A DNA stretch of 64,000 nucleotides from an uncultured Chloroflexia bacterium (GTDB lineage: Bacteria; Chloroflexota; Limnocylindria; Limnocylindrales; CSP1-4): positions 64,001-128,000 of the forward strand of contig CAWHDR010000001.1 of the NCBI GenBank assembly GCA_963828165.1, read 5' to 3'. The position numbers were made by a program, and so were the translations under genes. Under the pieces are notes generated by a model. The model was not told the origin of the DNA and made no database searches. It saw nothing but the letters and a program-made list of their open reading frames with translations. Positions 28,517-38,497 of the stretch are shown one piece after another (the stretch's first letter is position 1; each line of letters begins with the position of its first letter).

Positions 28517-30625
28517 GTGCCCTTCACGACGCCGCTCGCGCTGCTCGGACTGCTGTTCATCCCAGCGGTCATCGCGATGTACCTGCTCAAGCTCCGCCGG
28601 GACGAGGCGGTCGTCCCATCGACGCTCCTCTGGACGCGCCTGGTGGCGGATGTCGAGGCCAACGCCCCGTGGCAGAAGCTCAAGCGCAGCCTGTTGCTGC
28701 TGCTCCAGCTCCTGCTCGTGATCATCCTTGCGCTGCTCGCGGCCAGACCGTTCGTGGAACGGCCGGCCGGCCTCGCTCGGGACATCGTCCTCGTCCTGGA
28801 CACCTCGGCCAGCATGGCCGCCACGGACGTCGTGCCGGACCGCCTGACGGCCGCCAAGGTCGCCGCGACCGAGGCGTTGAAGGACCTGCCCACCGGCGGC
28901 AAGGTCAGCGTCATCGCCGCCGGGCGGAGCGCCCGCATCGTCGTGAACGAATCGACCGACCTGAGCCGCGTCCGGGGGGCGATCGACGACGTCGCCGTCA
29001 GCCAGGGCAGCGGGGACCTCGGCGATGCGCTGGAGCTGGCCTCCAAGCTCGCGGCGCGCTCCGGCGACGCGCAGGTCCTCGTGGCGACGGACGCCGCGCT
29101 TGCGACCGATCCGACCGGTCGGGTCGCCGCCAGGGTCAAGGTCCTTCCCGTCGGTCGGGACCGCAAGAACCAGGCCATCGTGGCGCTGGCCGTGAAGACC
29201 TCGCCTTCCGCGGTTTCGCGCTCCGTCTTCGTGAGCGTGGCGAACGTCGACCTTGAACGGACGACGCGGCGGCTGGAGCTGTGGGGAGACGGAAGTCTCC
29301 TGGAAGTCCGCGACGTCCCGCTCGAGGCGCAGGCCCGGGCGAACGTGATCGTGGACGACATCGACCGCAGCGTGCGTACCCTCGAGGTCCGCCTCGTGGG
29401 CAGCGATCCGGCCGTCGTGACGGCGCCCGACCAGCTGGCCATCGACGATCGTGCGTGGGCCGTCATCCCGCCCGACCGCACGCGCCTGATCCTCGTCGTC
29501 GGCGAGGGCGATCCGTACCTCGAGACCGCGCTGTCCTACCTTCCGAACGTCGAGCTCTTCGGCGTGCCCCCGAACGAATACGGGCCGAAGACGCAGCGCC
29601 AGGACGGCCGGCCGTGGGATCTCGTGATCTTCGAGGGCTTCCTCCCGGCGACGCTGCCGCGCTCCCCGATCCTCGCCATCGCTCCCCCGCGCACGAGCGA
29701 CCTCGGGCAGGTGGCCGGTCGGCTCACGAACCCGGGGATCGGGAGCCTGGATCCGGATGAGCCCGTCCTCCGCTTCGTCGACCTGTCCACGACCCACATC
29801 GCCGAGGCCTCGCGGCTGACCACGCCCGATTGGGCTCGAACGATCATCCCGGGCCCACGCGGCGCGCCCTTGCTCTACACCGGCACCCGTGACGGGCTGC
29901 CCAGCGCGGTCCTGGCGTTCGAGCCACGCCGGTCCGACCTGCCCCTCCAGGTCGCCTTCCCGATCCTGCTCGCCAACCTGACGGGCGAGCTCCTCGGCTC
30001 CACGACCGCCCCGAGCGAAGCCGTCGAGCCCGGCACGCCGGTCGAGCTGGCCATCCCGACCGGGGCGATCGGCGTGACCGTGACGTCGCCTGACGGGAGC
30101 GTCACCGAGCTCGTCCCGGGCACCAGCGGTGGGTCGGCGGTGAGCTTCGCGGCGACCGACCTGCTCGGTGTCTACACGGTCACCCCGATCGCCGACCCCG
30201 AGGCGTCACCCGCGCCGTCGGCCAGTGCCAGCACGGGTTCGTCTCCCAGTCCGAGGGCGAGCCCGTCCGCTGCGCCCTCGCCGGGGACCTCCGCCGGGGC
30301 GGGCGCAAGCCCCCCGCCCGAGGACCCCATGGCCCCGGTGCGATTCGCGGTCGATCTGTTCGATGTCGATGAATCCACGATCGCCCCGGGTTCCGCGGCT
30401 GCCATCGAGGCCCTTGGCACGACGGCTGCCGGCTCGCCGGAGCCCGGCACCGGGGGCGCGACGACCGAGCGCCCGACGACCCGCGACGAGCTGTGGGTGC
30501 CGATCGTCCTGCTCGTCCTGACGTTCCTTTGCGTCGAGTGGGCCCTCTATCACCGTGACGGGCTCACCCGGATCAAGCGCTCGCTGACGACGCGGTTGCG
30601 CCGCGGCGCGGGTGAGGCCGCCTGA
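28517..30625 (+). CDS. BatA-N + VWA domain membrane protein
   Basis: BatA N-terminus (F..P.ALLGLL...VPSTLLW...LLLLLQLL..LAARP), MIDAS DTSASM, C-terminal TM helix. Confidence 0.9.
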   Translation: MPFTTPLALLGLLFIPAVIAMYLLKLRRDEAVVPSTLLWTRLVADVEANAPWQKLKRSLLLLLQLLLVIILALLAARPFVERPAGLARDIVLVLDTSASMAATDVVPDRLTAAKVAATEALKDLPTGGKVSVIAAGRSARIVVNESTDLSRVRGAIDDVAVSQGSGDLGDALELASKLAARSGDAQVLVATDAALATDPTGRVAARVKVLPVGRDRKNQAIVALAVKTSPSAVSRSVFVSVANVDLERTTRRLELWGDGSLLEVRDVPLEAQARANVIVDDIDRSVRTLEVRLVGSDPAVVTAPDQLAIDDRAWAVIPPDRTRLILVVGEGDPYLETALSYLPNVELFGVPPNEYGPKTQRQDGRPWDLVIFEGFLPATLPRSPILAIAPPRTSDLGQVAGRLTNPGIGSLDPDEPVLRFVDLSTTHIAEASRLTTPDWARTIIPGPRGAPLLYTGTRDGLPSAVLAFEPRRSDLPLQVAFPILLANLTGELLGSTTAPSEAVEPGTPVELAIPTGAIGVTVTSPDGSVTELVPGTSGGSAVSFAATDLLGVYTVTPIADPEASPAPSASASTGSSPSPRASPSAAPSPGTSAGAGASPPPEDPMAPVRFAVDLFDVDESTIAPGSAAAIEALGTTAAGSPEPGTGGATTERPTTRDELWVPIVLLVLTFLCVEWALYHRDGLTRIKRSLTTRLRRGAGEAA

Positions 30626-33600
30626 TGGGCTTCAGCTTCGAGGCGCCACTCGCGCTGCTCCTCCTGGTCCCGGCACTGGCCCTCACGATCGCGCTGTACC
30701 TGGGCGCCCGCCGCCGGCTCGGGGCGGGACGTCGGAGGTTCGCCCTCTTCGTCCGGACCGCGCTACTGGTCGCGCTCGTCTTCGCGCTCGCGGGCTTCCG
30801 GATCGTCCTGCCGGTCGACCGGCTCGCGACGGTGTTCGTGGTGGATCTCTCCGACTCGGTCGGGAACGACGGCCGCGAGGACGCGCTCGCGTTCCTGCGC
30901 GAGACCCTCGACGTCATCCCGGACGGGGACGTGGCCGGGATCGTCGCATTCGGCAAGGAGGCGCTTGTCGAGCGCCTGCCATCGGACCTTGGCGAGATCG
31001 ATCGACTCGCGTCCACCCCGGTTCGTTCGGCCACCGACATCGGCGCCGCGCTACGACTGGCCAGCGCGTTGTTCCCCGACGATGCCCAGAAGCGCATCGT
31101 CCTGCTGTCCGACGGCAACGACACGACCGGCGGCGGCCAGGCGGAGGCCGCGCTGGCGGCGACGCGGGATATCCGGATCGAGACGCGGCTGATCGGGCTG
31201 GGCGCCACGGACGAGGTCCTCGTGGAGCGACTGATCACCCCCTCGACCTCGAACCTCGGGGACTCGGTGGAGGCCATCGCCGAGATCCGCTCGTCCGTCG
31301 CACAGCCGGCGACGGTCCGCCTGTTCGTGAACGGCGAGATCGCCGACACACAGCGGCTGAACCTCGAGGCCGGGGTCACCCGCGTCGTCTTCGACATCGA
31401 GCCCACCGAGGCCGGCTTCCACACGTTCCGGGTGGTCGTCGAGGCGGGGCGCGACACGTTCAGCGAGAACGACCGGGCGGACTCGAACACGATCGTGAAA
31501 GGCGAGCCGCGGACCCTGGTCCTGTCCGGCAACGAGGCCGTGGCCGCGGAGCTGGTCGACGCCCTGATCGCGCAGCGCCAGAAGGTCGACACGATGGTCC
31601 CCGAGCAGCTCCCGACGGATTTCGCGGCGCTCGCGACGTACGACAGCGTCGTGCTGGTCGACGTGCCGCGGGTCCGCCTTTCGGATCGCCAGCTGGCGGC
31701 GCTGCAGGTCTACGTGCGCGACCTCGGCAAGGGTCTCGTGATGATCGGCGGGCCGGACAGCTACGGGGCCGGCGGCTATCAGCGGACAGCCCTGGAGGAG
31801 ACGCTCCCGGTCGACATGGGCGTCCGGGACCGGCAGAAGCAGCCAGATGTCGCGCTGGTCGTGGTCATCGACCAGTCGGGATCGATGGATGCGTGCCACT
31901 GCAACACGTTCGACGGCGGCGCCGGCGGCGGCGGGACGGGCATCGGCGGGGTGCGCAAGGTCGATATCGGCAAGGAGGCCATCCTGCGCGCCGCGGCCGC
32001 CATGACCGAGCGGGACGAGCTCGGCGTCGTGTCCTTCAACGAGCAGGCCCACTGGGTCGTGCAGACCCAGCCGCTCGGTGGCATCACGGACCTGCAGGGC
32101 AAGATCGCCGGCCTCCAGCCCCTCGGCCAGACGAACATCTTCGCGGGCCTCGAGCAGGCCGTCGAGTCCCTCGAGGGCGCCGTCGCGACCCGTCGCCACA
32201 TCATCCTGCTGACGGACGGCTGGTCGAGCTCCGGGCAGTACGACGCCATCCTCGACCGCATGAACGCCGCCGGCATCACGCTCTCCACGGTCGGGGCGGG
32301 CGGAGGCTCCAACCCGTTCCTCGAGGGCCTCGCGACGCGCGGCGGTGGCCGCTTCTACGACGCGGCGAACCCGGCGAGCATCCCGGACATCTTCCTCAAG
32401 GAGACCCAGCAGGTCTCCGGCCAGCAGATCGTGGAGGAGCCGTTCTTCCCGATCCTCACGTCATCCTCGCCGATCATGCGCGGACTCGACGAGGGCATGC
32501 CGCGGCTGCGCGGGTACAACGGGACCACGGCCAAGCCCGCGGCCCAGACCGTCCTCGTGACGGCTCGCGACGATCCTCTCCTCGCGCAGTGGCAGTACGG
32601 CCTGGGCCGGTCCGTTGCGTGGACGTCGGACACGACCGGGCGCTGGGCACGCGACTGGGTCGGCTGGAGCGGCTTCTCGCGGTTCTTCAGCCAGCTCGTG
32701 TCGTGGACGTTCCCGGGCGAGGAGACCGGCGGCATCGAGGCGGTGTTCGACACGCAAGGCGGCAAGACCACCCTCCACGTGGAGTCCGTGGAGACCGACG
32801 GTTCGCCGCGGGACTTCTACGACACGACCGCCGTGGTCGTGGGGCCGGACTTCCAGCCGAGCGACGTCTCGCTCGTGCAGATCGCCCCGGGGGTGTACGA
32901 AGCGCCGCTCGGCGAGATCGACCCGGGCGCGTACGCCATCCGGGTCACGCAGACGCGGCCGGGGTCGTCGCCGCTGGGCCGCACGGTCGGACTCGTCGCA
33001 CCGACCGCCGCCGAGTACCGGCAGCTTGGCGCGAACGAGGCGTTCCTCGGGGCTCTCCGCGCGGCAACCGGCGGGGCCATCGTCGAGACGCCACTCGACC
33101 CGTGGCGCCACGACCTGCTCACGACGTCGCGTTCGACCGACCTGTGGCCGCTGCTGCTCGTGCTGGCCCTGCTCCTCTGGCCGCTCGATATCGCGCTGCG
33201 GCGCGTCTCGGTGGGTCGCCGCGAGTTCGCCGCCGCGGGGGCGTGGGTCCGCGCCATCCCGAAGCGTCGGCGCAGGGCGGCCCCGCGCACCGCCGCGGGC
33301 GAGGGCCTGTTCGCGGCGCGCGAACGGGCGACCTCAGCCTCGGTCCGGGCGGCGATCACGCGGGCGGATGCTGCGCCGACCCGAAGTGGGTCCCGGACGG
33401 AACCGATGGAGGACGGTGCGTTGGCAGCGACGGCAGCGGCCGTGCCTCGACCGACGCCCGAGCCGACTGCGCCGCCGTCGCCCGTGGTGCCGAAGCCCGC
33501 GACGGCACCAGCACCGACCCCGCCCGCTGGCGCCACACCAGCGCCGACGCCGCCTGCCGCCGCCTCCGCCGCTCGGGCTCCCGCTCCCGCTCCTGCTCCT

Positions 33601-33654
33601 GCCGACACGATGGCCCGCTTGCGAGAAGCGAAGAAGCGCGCCCAAGAGCGCTGA
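30625..33654 (+). CDS. Double VWA + GATase-like membrane protein
   Basis: MIDAS DLSDS and DQSGS, LLSDG and LLTDG, GLVMIGGPDSYGAGGY, WQYGLGRSVAWTSD. Confidence 0.9.
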   Translation: MGFSFEAPLALLLLVPALALTIALYLGARRRLGAGRRRFALFVRTALLVALVFALAGFRIVLPVDRLATVFVVDLSDSVGNDGREDALAFLRETLDVIPDGDVAGIVAFGKEALVERLPSDLGEIDRLASTPVRSATDIGAALRLASALFPDDAQKRIVLLSDGNDTTGGGQAEAALAATRDIRIETRLIGLGATDEVLVERLITPSTSNLGDSVEAIAEIRSSVAQPATVRLFVNGEIADTQRLNLEAGVTRVVFDIEPTEAGFHTFRVVVEAGRDTFSENDRADSNTIVKGEPRTLVLSGNEAVAAELVDALIAQRQKVDTMVPEQLPTDFAALATYDSVVLVDVPRVRLSDRQLAALQVYVRDLGKGLVMIGGPDSYGAGGYQRTALEETLPVDMGVRDRQKQPDVALVVVIDQSGSMDACHCNTFDGGAGGGGTGIGGVRKVDIGKEAILRAAAAMTERDELGVVSFNEQAHWVVQTQPLGGITDLQGKIAGLQPLGQTNIFAGLEQAVESLEGAVATRRHIILLTDGWSSSGQYDAILDRMNAAGITLSTVGAGGGSNPFLEGLATRGGGRFYDAANPASIPDIFLKETQQVSGQQIVEEPFFPILTSSSPIMRGLDEGMPRLRGYNGTTAKPAAQTVLVTARDDPLLAQWQYGLGRSVAWTSDTTGRWARDWVGWSGFSRFFSQLVSWTFPGEETGGIEAVFDTQGGKTTLHVESVETDGSPRDFYDTTAVVVGPDFQPSDVSLVQIAPGVYEAPLGEIDPGAYAIRVTQTRPGSSPLGRTVGLVAPTAAEYRQLGANEAFLGALRAATGGAIVETPLDPWRHDLLTTSRSTDLWPLLLVLALLLWPLDIALRRVSVGRREFAAAGAWVRAIPKRRRRAAPRTAAGEGLFAARERATSASVRAAITRADAAPTRSGSRTEPMEDGALAATAAAVPRPTPEPTAPPSPVVPKPATAPAPTPPAGATPAPTPPAAASAARAPAPAPAPADTMARLREAKKRAQER

Positions 33655-33686
33655 CTTCCGGGTGTCCATGGTTCGTGGGGGCGCAG

Positions 33687-33862
33687 GGTGTCAGTCTCAG
33701 GCACCGATACCAGACAGCCGTGCAGGGCCGGACTCGGGATGTCACCCTCAGGCACAGGATCTGGACAGGTCTGCACGACCGACCGCCCAGATTGCCCGGA
33801 TCTGCGCATGAGGCGATCGATCACGAGGGACCTGTGATTGGAGCGTGCCTCAGGCTGACATC
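33687..33862. repeat. 176-bp intergenic element, copy B
   Basis: GGTGTCAGTCTCAGGCACC (33687), GATGTCACCCTCAGGCACA (33738, +51), inverted GTGCCTCAGGCTGACATC ending at 33862. Confidence 0.8.
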
Positions 33863-33897
33863 GGCCTGCGCCCAAGCGCGGTGATAGCCTCGCACCG

Positions 33898-34365
33898 ATG
33901 CCCCTCCGTCAACGCTTTCTGCCGCTGGCCGCCGCGCTCCTGGCCGCGGCGTTCGTGGGAGCGTGCGGGACGATCTCGACGACGCCTCCCGCCCCGACCC
34001 CGGCCGACTTCCAGGGCATCGCCAGCGAGGTCACGAAGCGTGGCATCGCGATCGACCACATCGTGTCGGGCGACGCCGGCTGCACGGACCCGGTCCTGAT
34101 CCCCACGGCGATCGGATTCACCGCCAACGGGCTCGACCAGGCCGCCCCGACGCGCATCTACCTGTACGTCTTTCGGAACCGCGAAGCGTTCGAGCGGCTG
34201 CGCGCGACGGTCGACGGTTGCGCTCGATCGTTCGTGACCGACCCCGACACCTTCGAGACCATCGAGCAGTCGCCGTTCGTCGTGGCGGCGCAGGGCCCCT
34301 GGGCCCCCGAGTTCGAGGCCGCGCTGCGCGATTCCCTTGAGGTCGCCGCCGGCACCGGCGACTAG
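33898..34365 (+). CDS. Hypothetical lipoprotein
   Basis: Lipobox VGAC; TAGCCT 7 nt before ATG. Confidence 0.75.
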   Translation: MPLRQRFLPLAAALLAAAFVGACGTISTTPPAPTPADFQGIASEVTKRGIAIDHIVSGDAGCTDPVLIPTAIGFTANGLDQAAPTRIYLYVFRNREAFERLRATVDGCARSFVTDPDTFETIEQSPFVVAAQGPWAPEFEAALRDSLEVAAGTGD

Positions 34366-34664
34366 CCGCCCACTGGCATCGAGAGATGCGCGCCGCAGGG
34401 GCGGCGCGGCGAAGGCGCCGAAGGCGCCGGGGGGCACGAGGGCGAGCGCGGAACCGTCGGGCCGATGGCTCGCGGAGCGTCGCCTCGGACTCCGGGGTAG
34501 TGCGTGAGCGAACGCGCGGACCCGGCAACGCGCGCCGCGCCGTTCCTGTGGCGTGCCGCCGATGACGATGGTCCGGTCCCGTGTCCGGGACCGCACCTCC
34601 TTCCCATGCGGACTGGGACGACCGGGCCACAGTCCGGTGGCGTCTGGGTGGGGATGCTGCGGTC

Positions 34665-35405
34665 ATGCCCATTCAGGCCCGTGCCGCCCGGTCCCTGCTC
34701 GCCCTCGCCCTCATCGCGAGCCTCGTCGCGGCCGCGACCCCCGCGGCTGCATTCGGTCGCCAGCCGCTCGTCGCCGGCGTCGATCGCGCCGCCTCGAGCG
34801 CGCCACGGCCCGGTCCCGACGCCCACGACGTCAAGAGCCCCCCGCGACTCGTCCGCCGAGCGATCGACGAACGCACGACATTCGTGCAAGCACGTTCCGC
34901 CCGCGTCGCTTGGGTGACCCGGGCGATCCCGGACGTTCCCGCCCCGAAGCCGAAGTCGATCTCCAAGGCCGATCTCGCCGCGGGTGGCTCCGGCGGCTCC
35001 AGTCCGTCGACCTTCAAGGGCCGCAACCACGTCTGGATCCCGGCCCTGGGGATCAATCGGTCCGTGTCGTTCTTCTCCTGCTCGTCGTCGGCCTATCCGG
35101 GCAACCGCGTCTATCGATGGGGCTGTGCCGGTGGCAACAACGTCTACCTGTTCGCCCACGCCCACAGCGTCTTCAAGCCGCTCCACGACGCATACGTCCG
35201 CGGACGGCTCTCGAAGGGCATGAAGGTCGTCTACGCCGACGGCAACGGCCGGGTCAGCAGCTACGCGGTCGCGTGGTGGAAGGTCACGACCCCGGACAAG
35301 GGCGGCTTCGCCTACGCCGGCCAGTCCCGGCCGAGCCTCACGCTCCAGACATGCGTCGGCTCGAGGAGCCAGTACCGCCTGATCGTCCGGTTGCTCAAGG
35401 TCTGA
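34665..35405 (+). CDS. Sortase-like protein
   Basis: N-terminal hydrophobic segment, VWIPALGI, LFAH (His), LTLQTC (Cys), YRLIV (Arg). Confidence 0.75.
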   Translation: MPIQARAARSLLALALIASLVAAATPAAAFGRQPLVAGVDRAASSAPRPGPDAHDVKSPPRLVRRAIDERTTFVQARSARVAWVTRAIPDVPAPKPKSISKADLAAGGSGGSSPSTFKGRNHVWIPALGINRSVSFFSCSSSAYPGNRVYRWGCAGGNNVYLFAHAHSVFKPLHDAYVRGRLSKGMKVVYADGNGRVSSYAVAWWKVTTPDKGGFAYAGQSRPSLTLQTCVGSRSQYRLIVRLLKV

Positions 35406-35433
35406 CGCCCATCGCCGTAGCTCGGTCCTTGGC

Positions 35434-36600
35434 TCAGACGACGCGCAGACCCAGCACCTTGCGCGCGATCACCAGCCGCTGGATCTGACTGGTCCCCTCC
35501 CCGATCTCGGTCAGCTTCGCATCACGCATGAAGCGTTCCACGGGATAGTCCGAGACGTAGCCGTAGCCGCCGTGGATCTGGATCGCGGCATTCGTCGCGC
35601 GGGCGCTCACCTCGGAGGCGAACAGCTTCGCCTCGGCCGCCACGAGCCCGTAGTCACGCCCCTGATCCTTCAGCCAGGCGGCTTTCCAGACGAGCGCCCG
35701 AGCCGCCTCGATCTCGGTCGCCATGTCGGCGACCATGAACGCGACACCCTGGAACGACCCGATCGGGCGGCCGAACTGCTCGCGCGTCTGCGCGTACGGG
35801 ATCGCGGCGTCGAGCGCCGCCTGGGCGAGACCGACGGCCAATGCGCCGATCGAGATCCGCCCGCCGTCGAGGATCTTGAGGAACATCCGAAACCCGTCGC
35901 CGCGGTCCCCGAGCAGGTTCGCCGCCGGGATCGCCGCGCCGTCGAAGCGCAGCTCGCCGGTCGCCGAGGCGTGGAGACCGAGCTTGTCTTCGAGCCGTCC
36001 GACCGAGAAACCCGGTGTGTCGGCGGGCACGATGAAGGCGCTGATCTCCGCGTCGCCCTTGGCCGTCTCGCCGGTACGCGCCGTCACGATGTAGGTCCCG
36101 GCCTGCCCGGCGTTCGTGATGAACCGCTTGGAGCCGTCGAGCACCCAGCGACCGCCATCCTCCCCGTCGTCGAACCGGGCCGTCGTCCTGGTTCCGCCTG
36201 CGTCCGAGCCGGCACCGGGCTCCGTGAGGCCGTAGGCGCCCAACACCTTGCCCTGCGCCATCGGGACGAGGTGGGTCTGCTTCTGGTCGTCGGTGCCGGC
36301 GAGGTGGAGCGGGCCGCAGCCGAGGCTCGTGTGGGCGGCCACGATCAGGCCCAGCGAGCCCCACACGCGCCCGATCTCCTCGATCGCGACGGCGTAGGCC
36401 AGGGTATCGAGACCCGCGCCGCCCTCGTCCTCCGGGATCGGGATGCCGAGCCAGCCGAGCTCCCCGATGCGGCGGACGATGTCGGTCGGGAAGCGGCGCT
36501 CGCGCTCATGTTCCTCGAGGACCGGAGCGACTTCGGTCAGCATGAAGTCGCGGATCGTGTCGCGGAGCAGCGTGTGTTCGGCGGGCAGATCCAGGTCCAT
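35434..36600 (-). CDS. Acyl-CoA dehydrogenase
   Basis: [41 protein letters not shown]. Confidence 0.95.
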   Translation of the reverse strand: MDLDLPAEHTLLRDTIRDFMLTEVAPVLEEHERERRFPTDIVRRIGELGWLGIPIPEDEGGAGLDTLAYAVAIEEIGRVWGSLGLIVAAHTSLGCGPLHLAGTDDQKQTHLVPMAQGKVLGAYGLTEPGAGSDAGGTRTTARFDDGEDGGRWVLDGSKRFITNAGQAGTYIVTARTGETAKGDAEISAFIVPADTPGFSVGRLEDKLGLHASATGELRFDGAAIPAANLLGDRGDGFRMFLKILDGGRISIGALAVGLAQAALDAAIPYAQTREQFGRPIGSFQGVAFMVADMATEIEAARALVWKAAWLKDQGRDYGLVAAEAKLFASEVSARATNAAIQIHGGYGYVSDYPVERFMRDAKLTEIGEGTSQIQRLVIARKVLGLRVV

Positions 36601-36658
36601 CGGCGGCGAGCCTACCATCACAGCAGGACGGCGGTCCCGGTGCTAGCCTTCGGCCACG

Positions 36659-37396
36659 ATGCGCGAGTCGAACGCCGAGCACCAGGCGTCCGTCAACGTC
36701 CACCCCTCGGTCGCCGATGCGGGCCGTCCCGGCACCGTACCGGTCGACGCCGTGGGCGGCTCTTCGAGCCTGCGAAGGGCGCTGTTGCTCCGCCTGCGCC
36801 ACGACGGACCGAGCTCGCCCGAGGATTTGGCCACCGGTCTCGGCGTGAGTCGGACCGGCGTCCTCCAGCAGCTCCATGCGCTCGAGACCGCGGGCCTGGT
36901 CAGCCGCCAGGCCGTCCGTCACGGCGTCGGGCGACCGCGTCACGTGTACGACGTGACGGACGCCGCCCAGGATCTCTTTCCAACCAACTACGACGGGCTC
37001 GCCAGCGGCCTGCTTGCCGCGATCCGGGCGATCGGCGGCGAAGAGCTGGTCGACGGCGTTTTCGAGGAACGCCGGCGCATGACGCGCGACCGGATCCGGC
37101 AGCGGATGACGGATCGCCTGACCCCGCAGGCGCGCCTGGTCGATCGGGCACGGGAGCTGGCGGTGATCCAGGACGAGCTGGGCTATCTCGCCGAGACGCT
37201 CATCGGGCCCGACGGCGTCATCCGCCTGGTCGAACGCAACTGCGCGATCCACCGCGTGGCGGCCGACAACGGCGCCGCCTGCCAAGCCGAGCTCGACCTG
37301 TTCCGCGAGATCCTCGGGCCCGACGTCGTGCGCGAGACGCACATCGCCGCCGGCGACCGCTGCTGCACGTATCGCATCGGTCGCGCCAGCGACTGA
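36659..37396 (+). CDS. SufR-like HTH regulator with Cys-rich sensor domain
   Basis: LATGLGVSRTGVLQQLHALE, GVGRPRHVY, FPTNYD, NC-x12-C...CCTY. Confidence 0.8.
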   Translation: MRESNAEHQASVNVHPSVADAGRPGTVPVDAVGGSSSLRRALLLRLRHDGPSSPEDLATGLGVSRTGVLQQLHALETAGLVSRQAVRHGVGRPRHVYDVTDAAQDLFPTNYDGLASGLLAAIRAIGGEELVDGVFEERRRMTRDRIRQRMTDRLTPQARLVDRARELAVIQDELGYLAETLIGPDGVIRLVERNCAIHRVAADNGAACQAELDLFREILGPDVVRETHIAAGDRCCTYRIGRASD

Positions 37397-37409
37397 GGCC
37401 CGCTCCGCC

Positions 37410-38462
37410 TCAGGCTTCCTCGCGCTCGACGGCTACCCGGGAAGCCGGCTCGAGACGCGGCGCCGGCACGTCCGAGACGTTCGGGACGAACGAGGCGGCC
37501 ATCGAGGTCGCGGCAGCCTGCTGCTGGTCGTCCACGGACAGGATCCCGAGACGGCCAAGCTGGGCCATCTCATCGCGGATGTAGGTCTTGAGCATCTCGG
37601 GGCCGTCCGTGTTGATCGTGAACCGGATCTCGTTGCGCCGGAGCGTGTCGAAGATCCAGCGGAACTCGTCCCAGCTCGACACGACCTTCGTGTTGAGGTT
37701 GGAGGTCGGGCAGATCTCGAGCACGATCCCACGCTCGCGGATCATCTCCATGGCGCGCGGATCGTAGGCCGCCTTGACGCCATGGCCGATGCGGTCGGGC
37801 TCGAGCAGCTCCACCACCCGGGCGACCTCATCGACCGGGCCCGCCTCGCCGGTATGGACCGTGAGCCCCAGGCCGTACTGGCGAACTCGCCGGAAGAGTC
37901 GCTTGTAGTCGGCCACCCTGAAGGTCGATGCCTCGGGGCCGGCGATATCGACGCCGACGACACCGCGATCACGCCAGGCGATGGCCTTCTCAGCGATGAT
38001 CTCGTTGAGCTCGAACGGGAACGCGCGGTCGAGGCAGAAGATCAAGCCGGGCTTGATCGGATACTCGAGGGTCGCCTTGTCCATGCCCCGGACCGCCGCG
38101 GCGATGATGTGGTCGAGATCCTGCTCGCCGCCTCGGTTTCGCTTCATCGGATTGAAGCGCAGCTCCATCGTCGTGATGTTGTTCTTGCGGTAGGCGCCGC
38201 CGACGACCTCGTAGACGCTGCGCTCGACCGCCAACGGCGAGCTCTGGATGAGCTCGGTCCAATGGAACAGCTGCAGGTAGCCATCGAAGCTCTGGGTCCG
38301 CTTCGACACGGTGATCATGTCGCGGAATTCCCAGTAGTCCTTGGTCGGCAGCTTGATGCCCTGGGAATGGGCGATGCCCCACATGATGGCCGGGGTGACG
38401 GCGCCGCCGAGATGGCAATGCAGCTCCGCGAGCTGGATCTTGCGGGCAAGCTGACGAGCCAT
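37410..38462 (-). CDS. add: Adenosine deaminase family protein
   Basis: AELHCHLGG, ELRFNP, TVHTGE, RIGHG, EICPTSN, INTD. Confidence 0.88.
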   Translation of the reverse strand: MARQLARKIQLAELHCHLGGAVTPAIMWGIAHSQGIKLPTKDYWEFRDMITVSKRTQSFDGYLQLFHWTELIQSSPLAVERSVYEVVGGAYRKNNITTMELRFNPMKRNRGGEQDLDHIIAAAVRGMDKATLEYPIKPGLIFCLDRAFPFELNEIIAEKAIAWRDRGVVGVDIAGPEASTFRVADYKRLFRRVRQYGLGLTVHTGEAGPVDEVARVVELLEPDRIGHGVKAAYDPRAMEMIRERGIVLEICPTSNLNTKVVSSWDEFRWIFDTLRRNEIRFTINTDGPEMLKTYIRDEMAQLGRLGILSVDDQQQAAATSMAASFVPNVSDVPAPRLEPASRVAVEREEA

Positions 38463-38497
38463 GGTCGCAGGATACCCGGCGAGGCGGATCCAGGGCG

